A stretch of DNA of 64,000 bases from Nitrospirota bacterium (GCA_963796285.1 CAWCKW010000003.1:32001-96000), one strand, 5' to 3'. Positions 20,034-29,347 are shown, counted from the first letter of the stretch. Numbers and translations: made by a program. Notes: generated by a model from the letters alone, not told the origin.

Positions 20034-20861
20034 CTACTTCACGTTTTGGTCAAGCACTACAGACTTGGTCTCTCCCGTTTCCGCAGCTGACTTGCCTGCC
20101 TGATTCAGCGCTGCCGACTGTGTATTCGCAACCTCTGGATTGGGGGCAGCGATCTGAACAGCGTCCGCATTTATCTTCGCTGCGTTTTCGGCTGCAACTT
20201 TTTCTGCCTCCACTTTTTCGGCCGCAGCTTTTGCCTCCGCCTCTGCCTTTATCTTCGCTGCATTTTCGGCGGCAACTCTTTCTGCCTCTGCTTTTTCAGC
20301 GGCTTTTGCAGCAGCAATCTTTACAGCTAGATCATACTTTGTCACTGCAATCCTCAAAGAATTGAAGAAATCGGAATAATAACCTGGGTCAGTAATATTC
20401 CCTTCCTTGATAACTAAGGTTTGATATTCGGTTCCAGTAGGAATAACCGGTAGGATCCAAAGAAGGTGCCACCAGGTAGTAGATGCGCGGTGGAGAATTG
20501 TCTGCTGGCTTGAAGCCAAGGAGACATTTGTTTCGGAACCTGTTACTTCTGAAATATCTACTGATGCACTGATATTATAAGATATCTCAGGTTTTTCCTT
20601 ATCCTGCATGTTTCGTACAGCTTTTACTATGCCCGACTTTAAGTCTGCGCTTTCAATAGTGAATCCTTGCTGAATAAATACTTGTTTTGTGATCTTGAAA
20701 ATATTTTCAGGTGGCTGCGTGAAGGCGCACTGATTATGGGTAAGTGAATGTTGACTATCAAATGCCTTTTGATACGCCTGTTGATTATTTGCACATCCGG
20801 TTAGTGCAATCATTGCCACAAGCAAAAACCACTGCAAAAGTCTGCTGCCTCTGTTTCTCAT
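20034..20861 (-). CDS. Lipoprotein (DUF2242-like) with an Ala/Glu/Lys-rich tail
   Basis: LTGC lipobox, QQGFTI...ITDPGYYSDFF, repetitive AEKAEAE tail, low GC. Confidence 0.7.
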   Translation of the reverse strand: MRNRGSRLLQWFLLVAMIALTGCANNQQAYQKAFDSQHSLTHNQCAFTQPPENIFKITKQVFIQQGFTIESADLKSGIVKAVRNMQDKEKPEISYNISASVDISEVTGSETNVSLASSQQTILHRASTTWWHLLWILPVIPTGTEYQTLVIKEGNITDPGYYSDFFNSLRIAVTKYDLAVKIAAAKAAEKAEAERVAAENAAKIKAEAEAKAAAEKVEAEKVAAENAAKINADAVQIAAPNPEVANTQSAALNQAGKSAAETGETKSVVLDQNVK

Positions 20862-21189
20862 AATTTCTCCTTTATAAGTTCTCAGAATATAAATCAGTGA
20901 ACTTTCAATTTTTTTATGAAGCTGCCTCTGTCAGGATTTTGGCGTATGCGCTGCAAACTGCTACTTGAAACAAATAATGTTATTAAGTATTGCTGCTACA
21001 AAAGATACAGGAAGAATGCTACTCCTAATTTATTTAGTTGTCAACATAATAAATGGTAATTTAACAAATACCGAATGTAACCCGATATGTTTCAAATAAA
21101 TGCACCTACAACGGGTTCAGGACGGATAACTTTGGGGACGTTGTTTCTATCTATGCTTTCCTTCATCAAAGGAGTCATTAGCTCGTATA

Positions 21190-21283
21190 AATTCACCGCC
21201 TTCGCGTCCTGAACAGCCCACCCTGCTGATACCAGCATCCGGTCGATCTGTTCACGGGCTATGTCTTCGGGGCCTGGAGACAT
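21190..21283 (-). pseudogene. N-terminal fragment of a type I restriction subunit HsdR (EcoEI-like)
   Basis: PEDIAREQIDRMLVSAGWAVQDAKAVNLY, after which homology is lost. Confidence 0.65.
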
Positions 21284-21526
21284 GCGGCCTTTCGTTAAAG
21301 CAAGTTTGCTAAAATCATGGCGCGCTGAAATGAGTGTGCTAAGGCGAGGTTTCCGGCTGCTACTGTATTATAAACAAAGGAATATGTCAAAGACATTCAT
21401 GAAATTTTGACGCACCCTGAGGCTACTCATACCTTAGTGCGTCGAAGGGATTAAGGTGCCTTGGACCACGTATATCGCATCTTACCGCCTGTCGCCGTTA
21501 GTGTTTGGCTATCACAACTGAAAAAG

Positions 21527-21683
21527 AAAAAGCCCCTCATCTTCAAGGGGCTTTTGTACTTCATTGGACTTTGTTTGATGGTGAAATGGTGGGGCGGCGA
21601 CCATTTAATAGGTTGTCCAAGCGCCCTGATTTACAGTACATCTCACAATGGGAATTTAACTCGTACCCCCAAAAGTACCCCAA
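21527..21683 (-). mobile_element. Displaced tmRNA 3'-end/terminator copy (att relic) with arm-like repeats
   Basis: aaaaagcccctcatcttcaaggggcttttg...tggtggggcggcg, then tacccccaaaagtacccc. Confidence 0.78.
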
Positions 21684-21722
21684 CGTGATTTAGCGGCCTT
21701 CAAACATTTCTACGCAGCTGCC

Positions 21723-22133
21723 TCAGACGCGAAACGGATTGGTGATCCGAAGACGGTTGTTAATAAGCTGACCATGTTGCAAATCTTCCGTGTATAAGAC
21801 GGAACAATCGTTTTCCAGTGCGGCTGCAACGATCAAACTATCCCAATATGAAAATTTGTACTTCTTAGTCACCTTAAGTGCGCTGTCAATCGTGCTCTCC
21901 TTAATGGACGCCAAACGAAGCGCGCGCATGAAACCATGCGAGGCTTCGGAAACCTCTTCGATATTGAGAAGGCGCTTTTGAAGACAGGTGCTTATGAATT
22001 CACTGATGACCTGCGAACTGATGACCGCGTCGGAACTTCCGAGGATCACTTCACGTGCTTTTGCTTTCCGGTCGCTGTCACTGCTTATGAAGTAGATAAG
22101 GATATTTGTGTCAATGAATGCCTTATCGGGCAT
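21723..22133 (-). CDS. PIN-domain (VapC-like) toxin
   Basis: FIDTNILIY...QVISEF...FSYWDSLIVAAALE..LYTEDLQHG..NPF. Confidence 0.93.
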   Translation of the reverse strand: MPDKAFIDTNILIYFISSDSDRKAKAREVILGSSDAVISSQVISEFISTCLQKRLLNIEEVSEASHGFMRALRLASIKESTIDSALKVTKKYKFSYWDSLIVAAALENDCSVLYTEDLQHGQLINNRLRITNPFRV

Positions 22134-22308
22134 GGATTTCCTCCCTGTCGAATTTATATCGTGCAGGGAGCTTTACGTTGAATTTATTAAAAATGGAGTC
22201 GAGTATCGACTCTTTTTGAGATGTCAAGATCGCGACGTGTTCCTTACCGAACATCTTTCTGATTTTATTTACTTCCTCTTTACCTTTCACCTCAACGATA
22301 ACTTTCAT
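22123..22308 (-). CDS. Putative antitoxin of the PIN toxin
   Basis: 61 aa, overlaps the toxin start, ends FDREEIHAR. Confidence 0.8.
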   Translation of the reverse strand: MKVIVEVKGKEEVNKIRKMFGKEHVAILTSQKESILDSIFNKFNVKLPARYKFDREEIHAR

Positions 22309-22469
22309 ACTATACCTGCCTTGTCCAGCAAATTGAAAAGCGATTTCTTAATCTGCCGTTATTATATCCACAATGACGCATATTTCAAGACATTTCTGCT
22401 GCCAAGCATTATGGTTTCCATCACGACTTCGCTACGGGCGCTATTAGCTTTCGGATATCAGCAATGGAT

Positions 22470-22640
22470 TCACTTGTTGACGGTCGCAGTGAAGCAGATA
22501 AAGTTAAAGTAGCTTTCATGGTTGAGGGCGTTCACATACGGGTCTGCCCTGGGGATATTATCCAGGCCGTGGACCTCGCTGATCCAGAGCCGCCTTACCA
22601 AAGGCCTGAACAGAAAGGCAACAACCGGAGAATCAAGTCC
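22470..22640 (-). pseudogene. Acyltransferase (PlsC-like) fragment
   Basis: LFRPLVRRLWISEVHGLDNIPRADPYVNALNHESYFNF (degenerate NHxSxxD), followed by stops. Confidence 0.55.
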
Positions 22641-22661
22641 ACTGTGCCCATTTTCCTAAAG

Positions 22662-22690
22662 AAAAAGCCCCTCGTCTTCAAGGGGCTTTT
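22662..22690 (-). terminator. tmRNA terminator
   Basis: aaaagcccct...aggggctttt hairpin with a U-run on the minus strand. Confidence 0.8.
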
Positions 22691-22721
22691 GCACTTCATT
22701 GGTCTTTGTTAGATTGTAAAT

Positions 22722-23075
22722 TGGTGGAGGCGGCGGGAATTGAACCCGCGTCCGAAAACCGTCAGCCAGAAGCTCATACATGCTTATCCCCGCTTTTATT
22801 GCTCTCGCTTCATCCGGCGCCTTGGGGAAAGCTTCGGAATCGGCCAGCCCGGTTTTTCTTATCTCCCCGCCCCGGACGGCGTCGGGAAGACCAGCCTGGT
22901 TTTTGACATCTCTGCGATCGTTCAGGCGCCAACCGCGAGACGCGCTACCTATTTAGGCGGCGTATGCCAGTTCTTGATTATTGGCAGTTGATCTTTACCA
23001 TGTGTTTAACGAGCCCCATGGTACCTCGGCATGCAACTCCTGACCTCTAAATCCCCGTCGAAGCCTGTCGCCCCC
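22722..23075 (-). ncRNA. ssrA: tmRNA
   Basis: 5' GGGGGCGACAGGCTTCGACGGGG, 3' GGACGCGGGTTCAATTCCCGCCGCCTCCACCA, tag peptide (A)ANNQELAYAA*. Confidence 0.97.
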
Positions 23076-23094
23076 TTTTGTTGAACCGATGAAA

Positions 23095-23196
23095 TGCGAC
23101 CAGAACCGACGAAAGTCGACTTAAAACGAATAGATGTCCTTTCGATTCTCGTCACTGCACGTCGCTTCTCGTCGTTTCATGCCGCTTCATGTCGAT
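23095..23196. repeat. Inverted 10-mer tandem-repeat cassette (CGAC.../...GTCG), no gene between the arms
   Basis: gcgaccagaa ccgacgaaag tcgacttaaa ... gtcgcttctc gtcgtttcat gccgcttcat gtcg. Confidence 0.7.
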
Positions 23197-23209
23197 ACAA
23201 TATATTACC

Positions 23210-23578
23210 TCATTCGTCCTTGCTATTCAATACCCTTTTCACCTCAGCATTGCTTATGCCGGTGATGCGGACGACCTTTTCCCTGGAGGTGTGGCCGGTA
23301 ACGATCTCAACATGGGATCTGGGGATAGACAGGGTATGGGCGAGGAACTTCACTAACGCCTCGTTGGCAGCGCCGTCGACCGGCGGGGCGGTGAGTCTGA
23401 TCTTGAGTCCGCCGCTCTCCATCTGGACGATCTCGTTCTTCGAAGCGCGGGGCTGGATGCGTATCGAGAGTGAAACCGGCGCCTCAGGCCCCTTATTCCT
23501 GGGCAGGTTCCTGGGCAGGCTCTTCTTTGGCGTCACCACCGGCCTCCTCGAAGCTGACCATTTCCCGGTGCATCTCAA
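23210..23578 (-). CDS. yggU: DUF167/YggU family protein (true start uncertain, probably downstream of 23578)
   Basis: IQPRASKNEI...LKIRLTAPPVDGAANEALVKFLA...GHTSREK. Confidence 0.88.
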   Translation of the reverse strand: MRCTGKWSASRRPVVTPKKSLPRNLPRNKGPEAPVSLSIRIQPRASKNEIVQMESGGLKIRLTAPPVDGAANEALVKFLAHTLSIPRSHVEIVTGHTSREKVVRITGISNAEVKRVLNSKDE

Positions 23579-23996
23579 TGACCTTCTTGATGTCCTGCAG
23601 GAAGTGATGCTTCCTGCGCTTCAACTCCTGGATCTCCACCTCAAGCTTCGCCTTCTCATCCTGGGAATTGTTTATGAACTGCAGCCTGCGCACCTCCGCG
23701 TCCTTGATGATGACCTCCGCTTCCCTGCGCGCGTTGTCCTTCTGGTCCTCCATGAGCTTCTGGGTCATCAGCAGCGTGTTCTTGACCGTTTCTTCCCGTT
23801 CAGTCAGTTCGCGCAGGCGCTCATCGTAGGACTGGCGGAATTCCTTCAGCTCCGTTGTTTCCCGATACAGTGTTTCCATTTCGTCCCGCACCAGGTCGAG
23901 AAACACCTCGACCTCGGCTTGTTCGTAGCCGCGAAAAACCACATGGAACCGTTTCTGCTGGATATCGATAGGTGTTAACCTGTTGCCGTTACTCAT
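23493..23996 (-). CDS. divIVA: DivIVA domain protein
   Basis: LTPIDIQQKRF..FRGY...EVEVFLD followed by coiled coil. Confidence 0.92.
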   Translation of the reverse strand: MSNGNRLTPIDIQQKRFHVVFRGYEQAEVEVFLDLVRDEMETLYRETTELKEFRQSYDERLRELTEREETVKNTLLMTQKLMEDQKDNARREAEVIIKDAEVRRLQFINNSQDEKAKLEVEIQELKRRKHHFLQDIKKVIEMHREMVSFEEAGGDAKEEPAQEPAQE

Positions 23997-24033
23997 ACGA
24001 GTGCCTCCTCGGGCGCAGCGCTCCAGTGAGCGC

Positions 24034-24333
24034 TTACCCCATTGCGTTTCCGATGCGATAGAGAGTATTGATCAGCGCGTACTGCAGGAACAGAATAATG
24101 AGCGCGGCGATCAACGGCGAGAAATCAATCCCGACTTTGTGGGGAGGGACCAGCTTGCGGATCGGCCTGAGTACCGGCTCGGTCATTTTCGTCAGGACCT
24201 GCACAATGGGATTGTAGGGGTCCGGGTTCACCCATGAGATAAGCGCCCTGATAATGATGATCCACATGTAGATATTCAGCACGACATCAAGCACCTTGGC
24301 CAGCCCCAGAACGATATTTCCAAATACGAACAT
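24034..24333 (-). CDS. yggT: YggT family membrane protein
   Basis: RALISWVNPDPYNPIV...TEPVLRPIR...IDFSP. Confidence 0.93.
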   Translation of the reverse strand: MFVFGNIVLGLAKVLDVVLNIYMWIIIIRALISWVNPDPYNPIVQVLTKMTEPVLRPIRKLVPPHKVGIDFSPLIAALIILFLQYALINTLYRIGNAMG

Positions 24334-24360
24334 TGCTCCTCCCTTAAAAAACGGACATAA

Positions 24361-24398
24361 AGTCGACAGAGATGCGACAAGAAGCGACGAGAAACGAC
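24361..24398. repeat. Left tandem-repeat arm (CGACAAGAA-like) of the four-helix-bundle cassette
   Basis: gtcgacagagatgcgacaagaagcgacgagaaacgac. Confidence 0.75.
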
Positions 24399-24419
24399 CT
24401 GAACCGGTGATGTTTCCAC

Positions 24420-24794
24420 TTACAGCGTCCAATTCTCTGCGTTCCGACTCATGGAAACCAACCGTGTCAGAATGTGCTCGTACGTTCTATCGAGTTTCTC
24501 CGCGGTTTGCTTGTCGATATACGCACATCGAAGCGCAACTTCAAGCCACGTTTGCGTTTCTGATGCCTCTGCTTCGGCGTCGTTTAATTTGCTCTTAAAT
24601 GCCGCCTCATATCTTCTCTTTCTCCATGCTTCGGCAAGATTCGCGGCAACCGAACGGGACGATCTCCGAATTTGATCTACAAGAGAATACTTCTCTTCCG
24701 AAGGAAATGCTTTGGTCATGGTATAGATCTCCATGGCGCCATCCATCGCATCCCGCCACACGTGCAGTTCTTTATGGCTCTGTATGTTCCCCAA
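24420..24794 (-). CDS. Four-helix-bundle protein (23S rRNA IVP / TIGR02436 family)
   Basis: HKELHVW...FPSEEKYSLVDQIRRSSRSVAANLAEAW..RRY...EASETQTWL. Confidence 0.93.
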   Translation of the reverse strand: MGNIQSHKELHVWRDAMDGAMEIYTMTKAFPSEEKYSLVDQIRRSSRSVAANLAEAWRKRRYEAAFKSKLNDAEAEASETQTWLEVALRCAYIDKQTAEKLDRTYEHILTRLVSMSRNAENWTL

Positions 24795-24802
24795 ACCTCA
24801 GC

Positions 24803-24872
24803 CTTCTCTTGTCGTCTTTGTCGTTTTTGTCGTTTCTTGTCGTCTTTCGTCGGTTTTAGTCGTCTCGCTTCT
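24803..24872. repeat. Right tandem-repeat arm (TTCTTGTCG-like), inverted relative to 24361..24398
   Basis: cttgtcgtctttgtcgtttttgtcgtttcttgtcgtctttcgtcggttttagtcg. Confidence 0.8.
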
Positions 24873-24874
24873 CC

Positions 24875-25685
24875 TTACTTCCCCAGTTCCCTGCTCCTCG
24901 TTGTCGCCGCCTCAACCGCGTTCATGAGCGTCGCGCGGAGTTTTCCCTTTTCAAGGGCATGAAGGCCTTCGATGGTCGTCCCGCCGGGAGAGGTTACCAT
25001 GTCCCTGAGCTTGCCGGGATGTTCCTTTGTCTCAAGCACCATCTTGGCTGCGCCGTACACGGTCTGGGCCGCAAGCTCGAGTGCAAGCTGCCGGGGAAGA
25101 CCCGCCTTTACTCCGGCGTCGGACAATGCGTCGATGATCATGAATACGTAAGCCGGACCGCTGCCCGAAAGCCCGGTCACGGCATCCATGAGCTTTTCCT
25201 CCACGATCACCGCCCTGCCCACTGAGTTGAAGATGCTCTGCGCCAGGGCAAGATCATCGCTCGTTGCGTGCTTCCCTCCCGCAAGCGCTGCCGCGCCCGC
25301 AAGCACCAGCGCAGGGGTGTTCGGCATCACGCGCACCACATGGGAAGTCTCCTTCAATCCCTTTTCGATCTTGGCGATCACAATTCCCGCGGCAATGGAG
25401 ATAACGAGCTTCTTAGCATCAACAGCAGATGAAAATATCCGCGAGTACCCGTTCGACCACCTGCGGCTTGACGCACAGGAGTATAATATCAGCCTCACGC
25501 GCAGCCTCAACATTACCCCTCTGCTGAACACCATAGGTCGTATGGAGATGCGCAAGCCTGTCAACGGAGACGTCGGTGACCAGGATGTGGTCGGGTTTTG
25601 CCGTCCCTGCCGCGATCAAACCCTTGATGAGCGCCTCGGCCATGTTCCCGCCGCCGATGAACGCTATTGTTTTATTTGTCGTCAT
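24875..25685 (-). CDS. proC: Pyrroline-5-carboxylate reductase (one +1 frameshift at ~25433, probably a sequencing error)
   Basis: IAFIGGGNMAEA and VKPQ in one frame. RVMPNTP, SGSGPAY and VTSPGGTT in the next. Confidence 0.92.
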
Positions 25686-25746
25686 GAAACCTCCGGTGAC
25701 TTTCGCTGCTCTTCATTCCGCACTCCAAACTCCGAACTCCGAACTC

Positions 25747-26433
25747 TTAAACCCTCTCCCCGAATATCGCCGTACCCACTCGCACCACGGTTGCTCCTTC
25801 TTCGACAGCGGCCTCAAAATCTCCGCTCATCCCCATGGACAACTCTTTCATGACCGCGTTCGGAATATGCTCCATTGCAATGCTCTCCGCCAGCTCCCGC
25901 AGCACGCAGAAATACGGTCTTGAGTCCTCCTGGTTCTCCGAGAACGGAGGGATGGTCATCAGCCCCTGAATGGCGATATTGCCCAGTTTCGCGGCCTCCC
26001 TCACCAGTGCCGGGGCATTTCGTACGGTCATGCCGGCCTTGCTCGCCTCTCCCGCGATGTTCACTTCGACCAGAACGTTCTGCACCTTCCCGATCTTCGC
26101 CGCCTGCCTGTCGATCTCCTTCGCAAGCTCCAGGCTGTCCACTGAATGGATCAGGTCAAAAAGCTTCACCGCGTACTTGGCCTTGTTCGCCTGCAAATGG
26201 CCGATCAAATGCCAGCTCGCAATACTGCCGAGCTTCTCGATCTTCTCCTTCGCTTCCTGTACCCGGTTCTCGCCGAGGATGGTCGCGCCCGCGGCAACTG
26301 CCTCGCGAATCCTTTCAACATCGACGGTCTTGGTCACGACCACGAGCTTGACGGACGCCGGATCGCGGCCTGCGCGCTTTGCCGCGGCAACGATCCTGTT
26401 GCTCACCGTCTTGAAGTTGTCCGCAATTGACAT
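25747..26433 (-). CDS. yggS: YggS/PLPBP pyridoxal-phosphate homeostasis protein
   Basis: VVTKT, GENRVQEA, WHLIGHLQANK, LSMGMSGDF, RVGTAIFG. Confidence 0.95.
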   Translation of the reverse strand: MSIADNFKTVSNRIVAAAKRAGRDPASVKLVVVTKTVDVERIREAVAAGATILGENRVQEAKEKIEKLGSIASWHLIGHLQANKAKYAVKLFDLIHSVDSLELAKEIDRQAAKIGKVQNVLVEVNIAGEASKAGMTVRNAPALVREAAKLGNIAIQGLMTIPPFSENQEDSRPYFCVLRELAESIAMEHIPNAVMKELSMGMSGDFEAAVEEGATVVRVGTAIFGERV

Positions 26434-26450
26434 AAAAAAGAGACGATTCG

Positions 26451-26775
26451 TCTCGCGCAAAGACGCAAAGTACGCCAAGAAAAGCTTTGAGAACAATTGA
26501 TGCATTCATAAAATTCGGAACTGTCACCGTCTGCTTTTAGTTCAGGCATTTCAGCCATTTTATGAAACTGCACCAATTAAGATGATCTCGTAGAAAGGCA
26601 TAATCTACCGCAGAGGCGCGGAGACACGGAGACACGGAGAAATGCATATCGAAAATAATAAAGATTTTCTCTGCGCCTCTGCGTCTCAGCGGTTAAATCC
26701 GACTGATTTCGTGTTCATCAATTATACATGATAACTTTTTTATGCTCCTCTGCGACCTCTGCGCCTCTGCGAGAA
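26451..26775. repeat. Cluster of 9-mer REP-like repeats (CGCAAAG / CGCAGAG / CTCTGCG)
   Basis: cgcaaagacgcaaagtacgccaag; cgcagaggcgcggagacacggag...ctctgcgcctctgcgtctcagcgg; ctctgcgacctctgcgcctctgcg. Confidence 0.75.
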
Positions 26776-26783
26776 ATAATGCT

Positions 26784-27563
26784 TTATGGCTTTATCATGA
26801 TCACCGACAGCATCCTGCCGGTCCTGCCCTCGGCGCGGAAGGAGTAGAACAGGTCACGCCTGCATGACGTGCAGAGCCCGAGCGCGTGCACATTCTTTTC
26901 AGCCAACCCGATCTGCAGCAGCTCCAGTTTGTTCGCTGTTACCAGGTCCAGGCTCCAGCGGTCATCTCCGCGCGGAGTGGAGACCTCTTTCCAGAACGAG
27001 AATGCCTCTCTGACCCGTCCCATCACCGCCTCGTCCACCTCGTAGCATTCGGGCCCAATGGCCGGTCCGATCGCCGCGATCAATTGCGCAGGTTCTGATC
27101 CGAATTCTTCGTGCATCCGGTGTACGGCCTTCTGGACGATCTTCTTTACCGTGCTCCGCCAGCCCGCATGCACAGCGGCCACCGCGGGTTTGACCGGATC
27201 GAATAAGAGGACCGGCACGCAGTCCGCGGTCTCTACGCCGATGGCGATCCCCGGAACATCGGTAATCATCGCGTCGGCATGCACGGTCCGGACATCCCGG
27301 ACGTTCAGGTCGTCCACCGTGACGATATTTTCGCCGTGCACCTGGTTCACGGTCACCACCCGGTCTCTGCAGACCCCGAACGCGCTTGCCACCGCGGTCC
27401 AGTCATCCGGATGCCTGATCCCGTTGTTCCTTGCGCCCAGCCCGCCCTGCCGCGTGGTAAAGGCATGGAGCATCCCGGTTAATTTGTCGAGCGCGGGGAC
27501 CGAAAGCAATCCATCGTCCCTGACCTTGGCGCATTTTTTATGCTGTGATTTGACGGTATTCAT
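26784..27563 (-). CDS. pgeF: PgeF/YfiH (purine nucleoside phosphorylase/laccase-domain protein)
   Basis: FTTRQGG, QVHG, TADCVPV, HAGWR, GPAIGPECYEV, FYSFR. Confidence 0.95.
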   Translation of the reverse strand: MNTVKSQHKKCAKVRDDGLLSVPALDKLTGMLHAFTTRQGGLGARNNGIRHPDDWTAVASAFGVCRDRVVTVNQVHGENIVTVDDLNVRDVRTVHADAMITDVPGIAIGVETADCVPVLLFDPVKPAVAAVHAGWRSTVKKIVQKAVHRMHEEFGSEPAQLIAAIGPAIGPECYEVDEAVMGRVREAFSFWKEVSTPRGDDRWSLDLVTANKLELLQIGLAEKNVHALGLCTSCRRDLFYSFRAEGRTGRMLSVIMIKP

Positions 27564-27584
27564 CGGTGATCCAGATACAACGCG

Positions 27585-29312
27585 TTACTGACAAACTCCG
27601 CAGGTCTTGCACGAGCCGACCTTGCACGGTGGAGTGAATTTTCCCTCGAGCGCCCGCTGATATTCATTCTTAAGATATTCTTTTCTCACACCGATGTCAA
27701 TAAAATCCCAGGGCAGGTGCTCGTTGAACTCGCGCCGTCGATACACGTAAAAATCCATATCGATCGCCGTTGCTTTTGCCGCCTTTTTCCAGTCCCCGCC
27801 GTTTTCATGGGCCGCCCTGATCAGTTTTCCGGTCCTGCGGTCCCCGCGCGAGAGCAGCGCCTGGACATATTCCCACTTCGGAATGTCGTGAATGACGTTC
27901 ATGTTCCCGATCTTCCGCACCGCCTTGTCCAGTGAGCGCTGCTTTTTATTCAGACTCTCGACGGAATCCATCGGCTCCCACTGGAACGGCGTGAACGGCT
28001 TCGGGACAAAGGAGTTCACCGAGAGCGTGATCCTGCCGATCCTGCCGAGGGGCCGGGCATGGTCGAGCTGGACCTCATGCACCTTGAGCGCGAGCAGGAT
28101 GATCGCGTCCACATCTGCCTGGGTCTCCGTCGGCAGGCCGATGATGAAATACAGCTTGAGGTTCGGGATGCCGTGGCGAAAGACCATATCGGCGGCGCGA
28201 AGGATGTCTTCTTCCGTTATGCCCTTGTTGATCACCTTGCGAAGCCGCTCGGATCCGGCCTCGGGGGCGATCGAAATGGTCTTGTGTCCGCTCTTCGCGA
28301 GCCGTTCGATCAGCGTCTCACTGACCGAATCCGCGCGCAGCGATGAGACCGAGACGCCCCCCTCGATCCTTGCGCAGAGGTCGTCAATGTCGGGATAGTC
28401 GGACAATGCCGCGCCCACGAGCCCGATCTTGCCGCACAGCTCGTCCGCCTTGCCTGCCTGCTCGCCTGATCTTTCGATGTTCAGGTTGCGGGGAGGAAGG
28501 TACAGGTAGCCTGCCATGCAGAACCGGCAGTGCCTGCCGCATCCCCGGGTGATCTCCGACAAATACCGGTCGCTGAACTCCGTATGCGGGGTGAGAATAA
28601 CAGTGGCTGCAGGCGCCTTGTCGAAGTCTTTGACCGTCCGCTTGACGATGCGGTCGGGGGCAACGGGCTCAAGCTTTGTTCGTCCCATGATCGTCCCGTC
28701 TTCATGATAGACGACCTCATAAAACTCCGGCACGTATACACCGGGGATCCTGCTGAGGGCGCTCAGAAGCTCGTGCCGCTCTTTTCCCCTGTTCTGCTTG
28801 TACGCATCAATGAACTCTCCTACAACTTCTTCCCCCTCCCCCACGATCACGACATCAACGAAGTCCGCAAGCGGCTCAGGGTTGAAAAAGGAACAAATGC
28901 CTCCGAGGACCACCAGCGGATCATCCTCCGTCCGTTCGCGTTTATCCGCCGGGATGCCGGAGAGTCTCAGGATCTCGAGAATATTCACATAGTCCTGTTC
29001 AAAGGACACGGAGAAGGCCAGGAGGTCGAACTCTCTCACGGGCCGCTTGCTCTCGAGGCAGAACAGTTTTGTGCTGGTTGTACCATACTCTTCAATGTCG
29101 TCCTCATCAGGCAGGAACACCCGTTCACAAGCAGTGTCGGCGCGGCGGTTCAGGATGGAGTAGATCTGGTGCACGCCGAGGTTCGACATGCCGATGTGAT
29201 AGGTATTGGGATAGGCCAGCGCGAATGCGACCTCCGTTCCACGGGCCTTTAAGATCGTCCCGCGCTCGGCAGCGAGCAGGGCATCGGCTTTTTCCTTCAG
29301 CTTTCTGGACAT
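27585..29312 (-). CDS. Radical SAM protein (TIGR03960-like)
   Basis: YPNTYHIGMSNLG, RGCGRHCRFC (CxxxCxxC), PKPFTPFQW, C-terminal CKVGSCKTCGVC. Confidence 0.9.
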   Translation of the reverse strand: MSRKLKEKADALLAAERGTILKARGTEVAFALAYPNTYHIGMSNLGVHQIYSILNRRADTACERVFLPDEDDIEEYGTTSTKLFCLESKRPVREFDLLAFSVSFEQDYVNILEILRLSGIPADKRERTEDDPLVVLGGICSFFNPEPLADFVDVVIVGEGEEVVGEFIDAYKQNRGKERHELLSALSRIPGVYVPEFYEVVYHEDGTIMGRTKLEPVAPDRIVKRTVKDFDKAPAATVILTPHTEFSDRYLSEITRGCGRHCRFCMAGYLYLPPRNLNIERSGEQAGKADELCGKIGLVGAALSDYPDIDDLCARIEGGVSVSSLRADSVSETLIERLAKSGHKTISIAPEAGSERLRKVINKGITEEDILRAADMVFRHGIPNLKLYFIIGLPTETQADVDAIILLALKVHEVQLDHARPLGRIGRITLSVNSFVPKPFTPFQWEPMDSVESLNKKQRSLDKAVRKIGNMNVIHDIPKWEYVQALLSRGDRRTGKLIRAAHENGGDWKKAAKATAIDMDFYVYRRREFNEHLPWDFIDIGVRKEYLKNEYQRALEGKFTPPCKVGSCKTCGVCQ

Positions 29313-29318
29313 GGAAGA

Positions 29319-29347
29319 ATTATACTATGCCTGCATGCCGGGCGCAA
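29319..29347 (-). promoter_or_regulatory. Sigma70 promoter, apparently leaderless
   Basis: TTGCGC-N17-TATAAT, 6 nt before the ATG. Confidence 0.65.

Noticed and set aside
24420-24794. Diversity-generating retroelement (Avd-like gene plus the long repeat at 7.4-10.7 kb)
   Set aside because: There is no reverse transcriptase, the repeat is too long and distant for a TR/VR pair, and its differences are not adenine-specific.
24803-24872. Possible CRISPR array in the short tandem repeats
   Set aside because: Units are 7-10 nt with no unique spacers, and there are no cas genes in the window.
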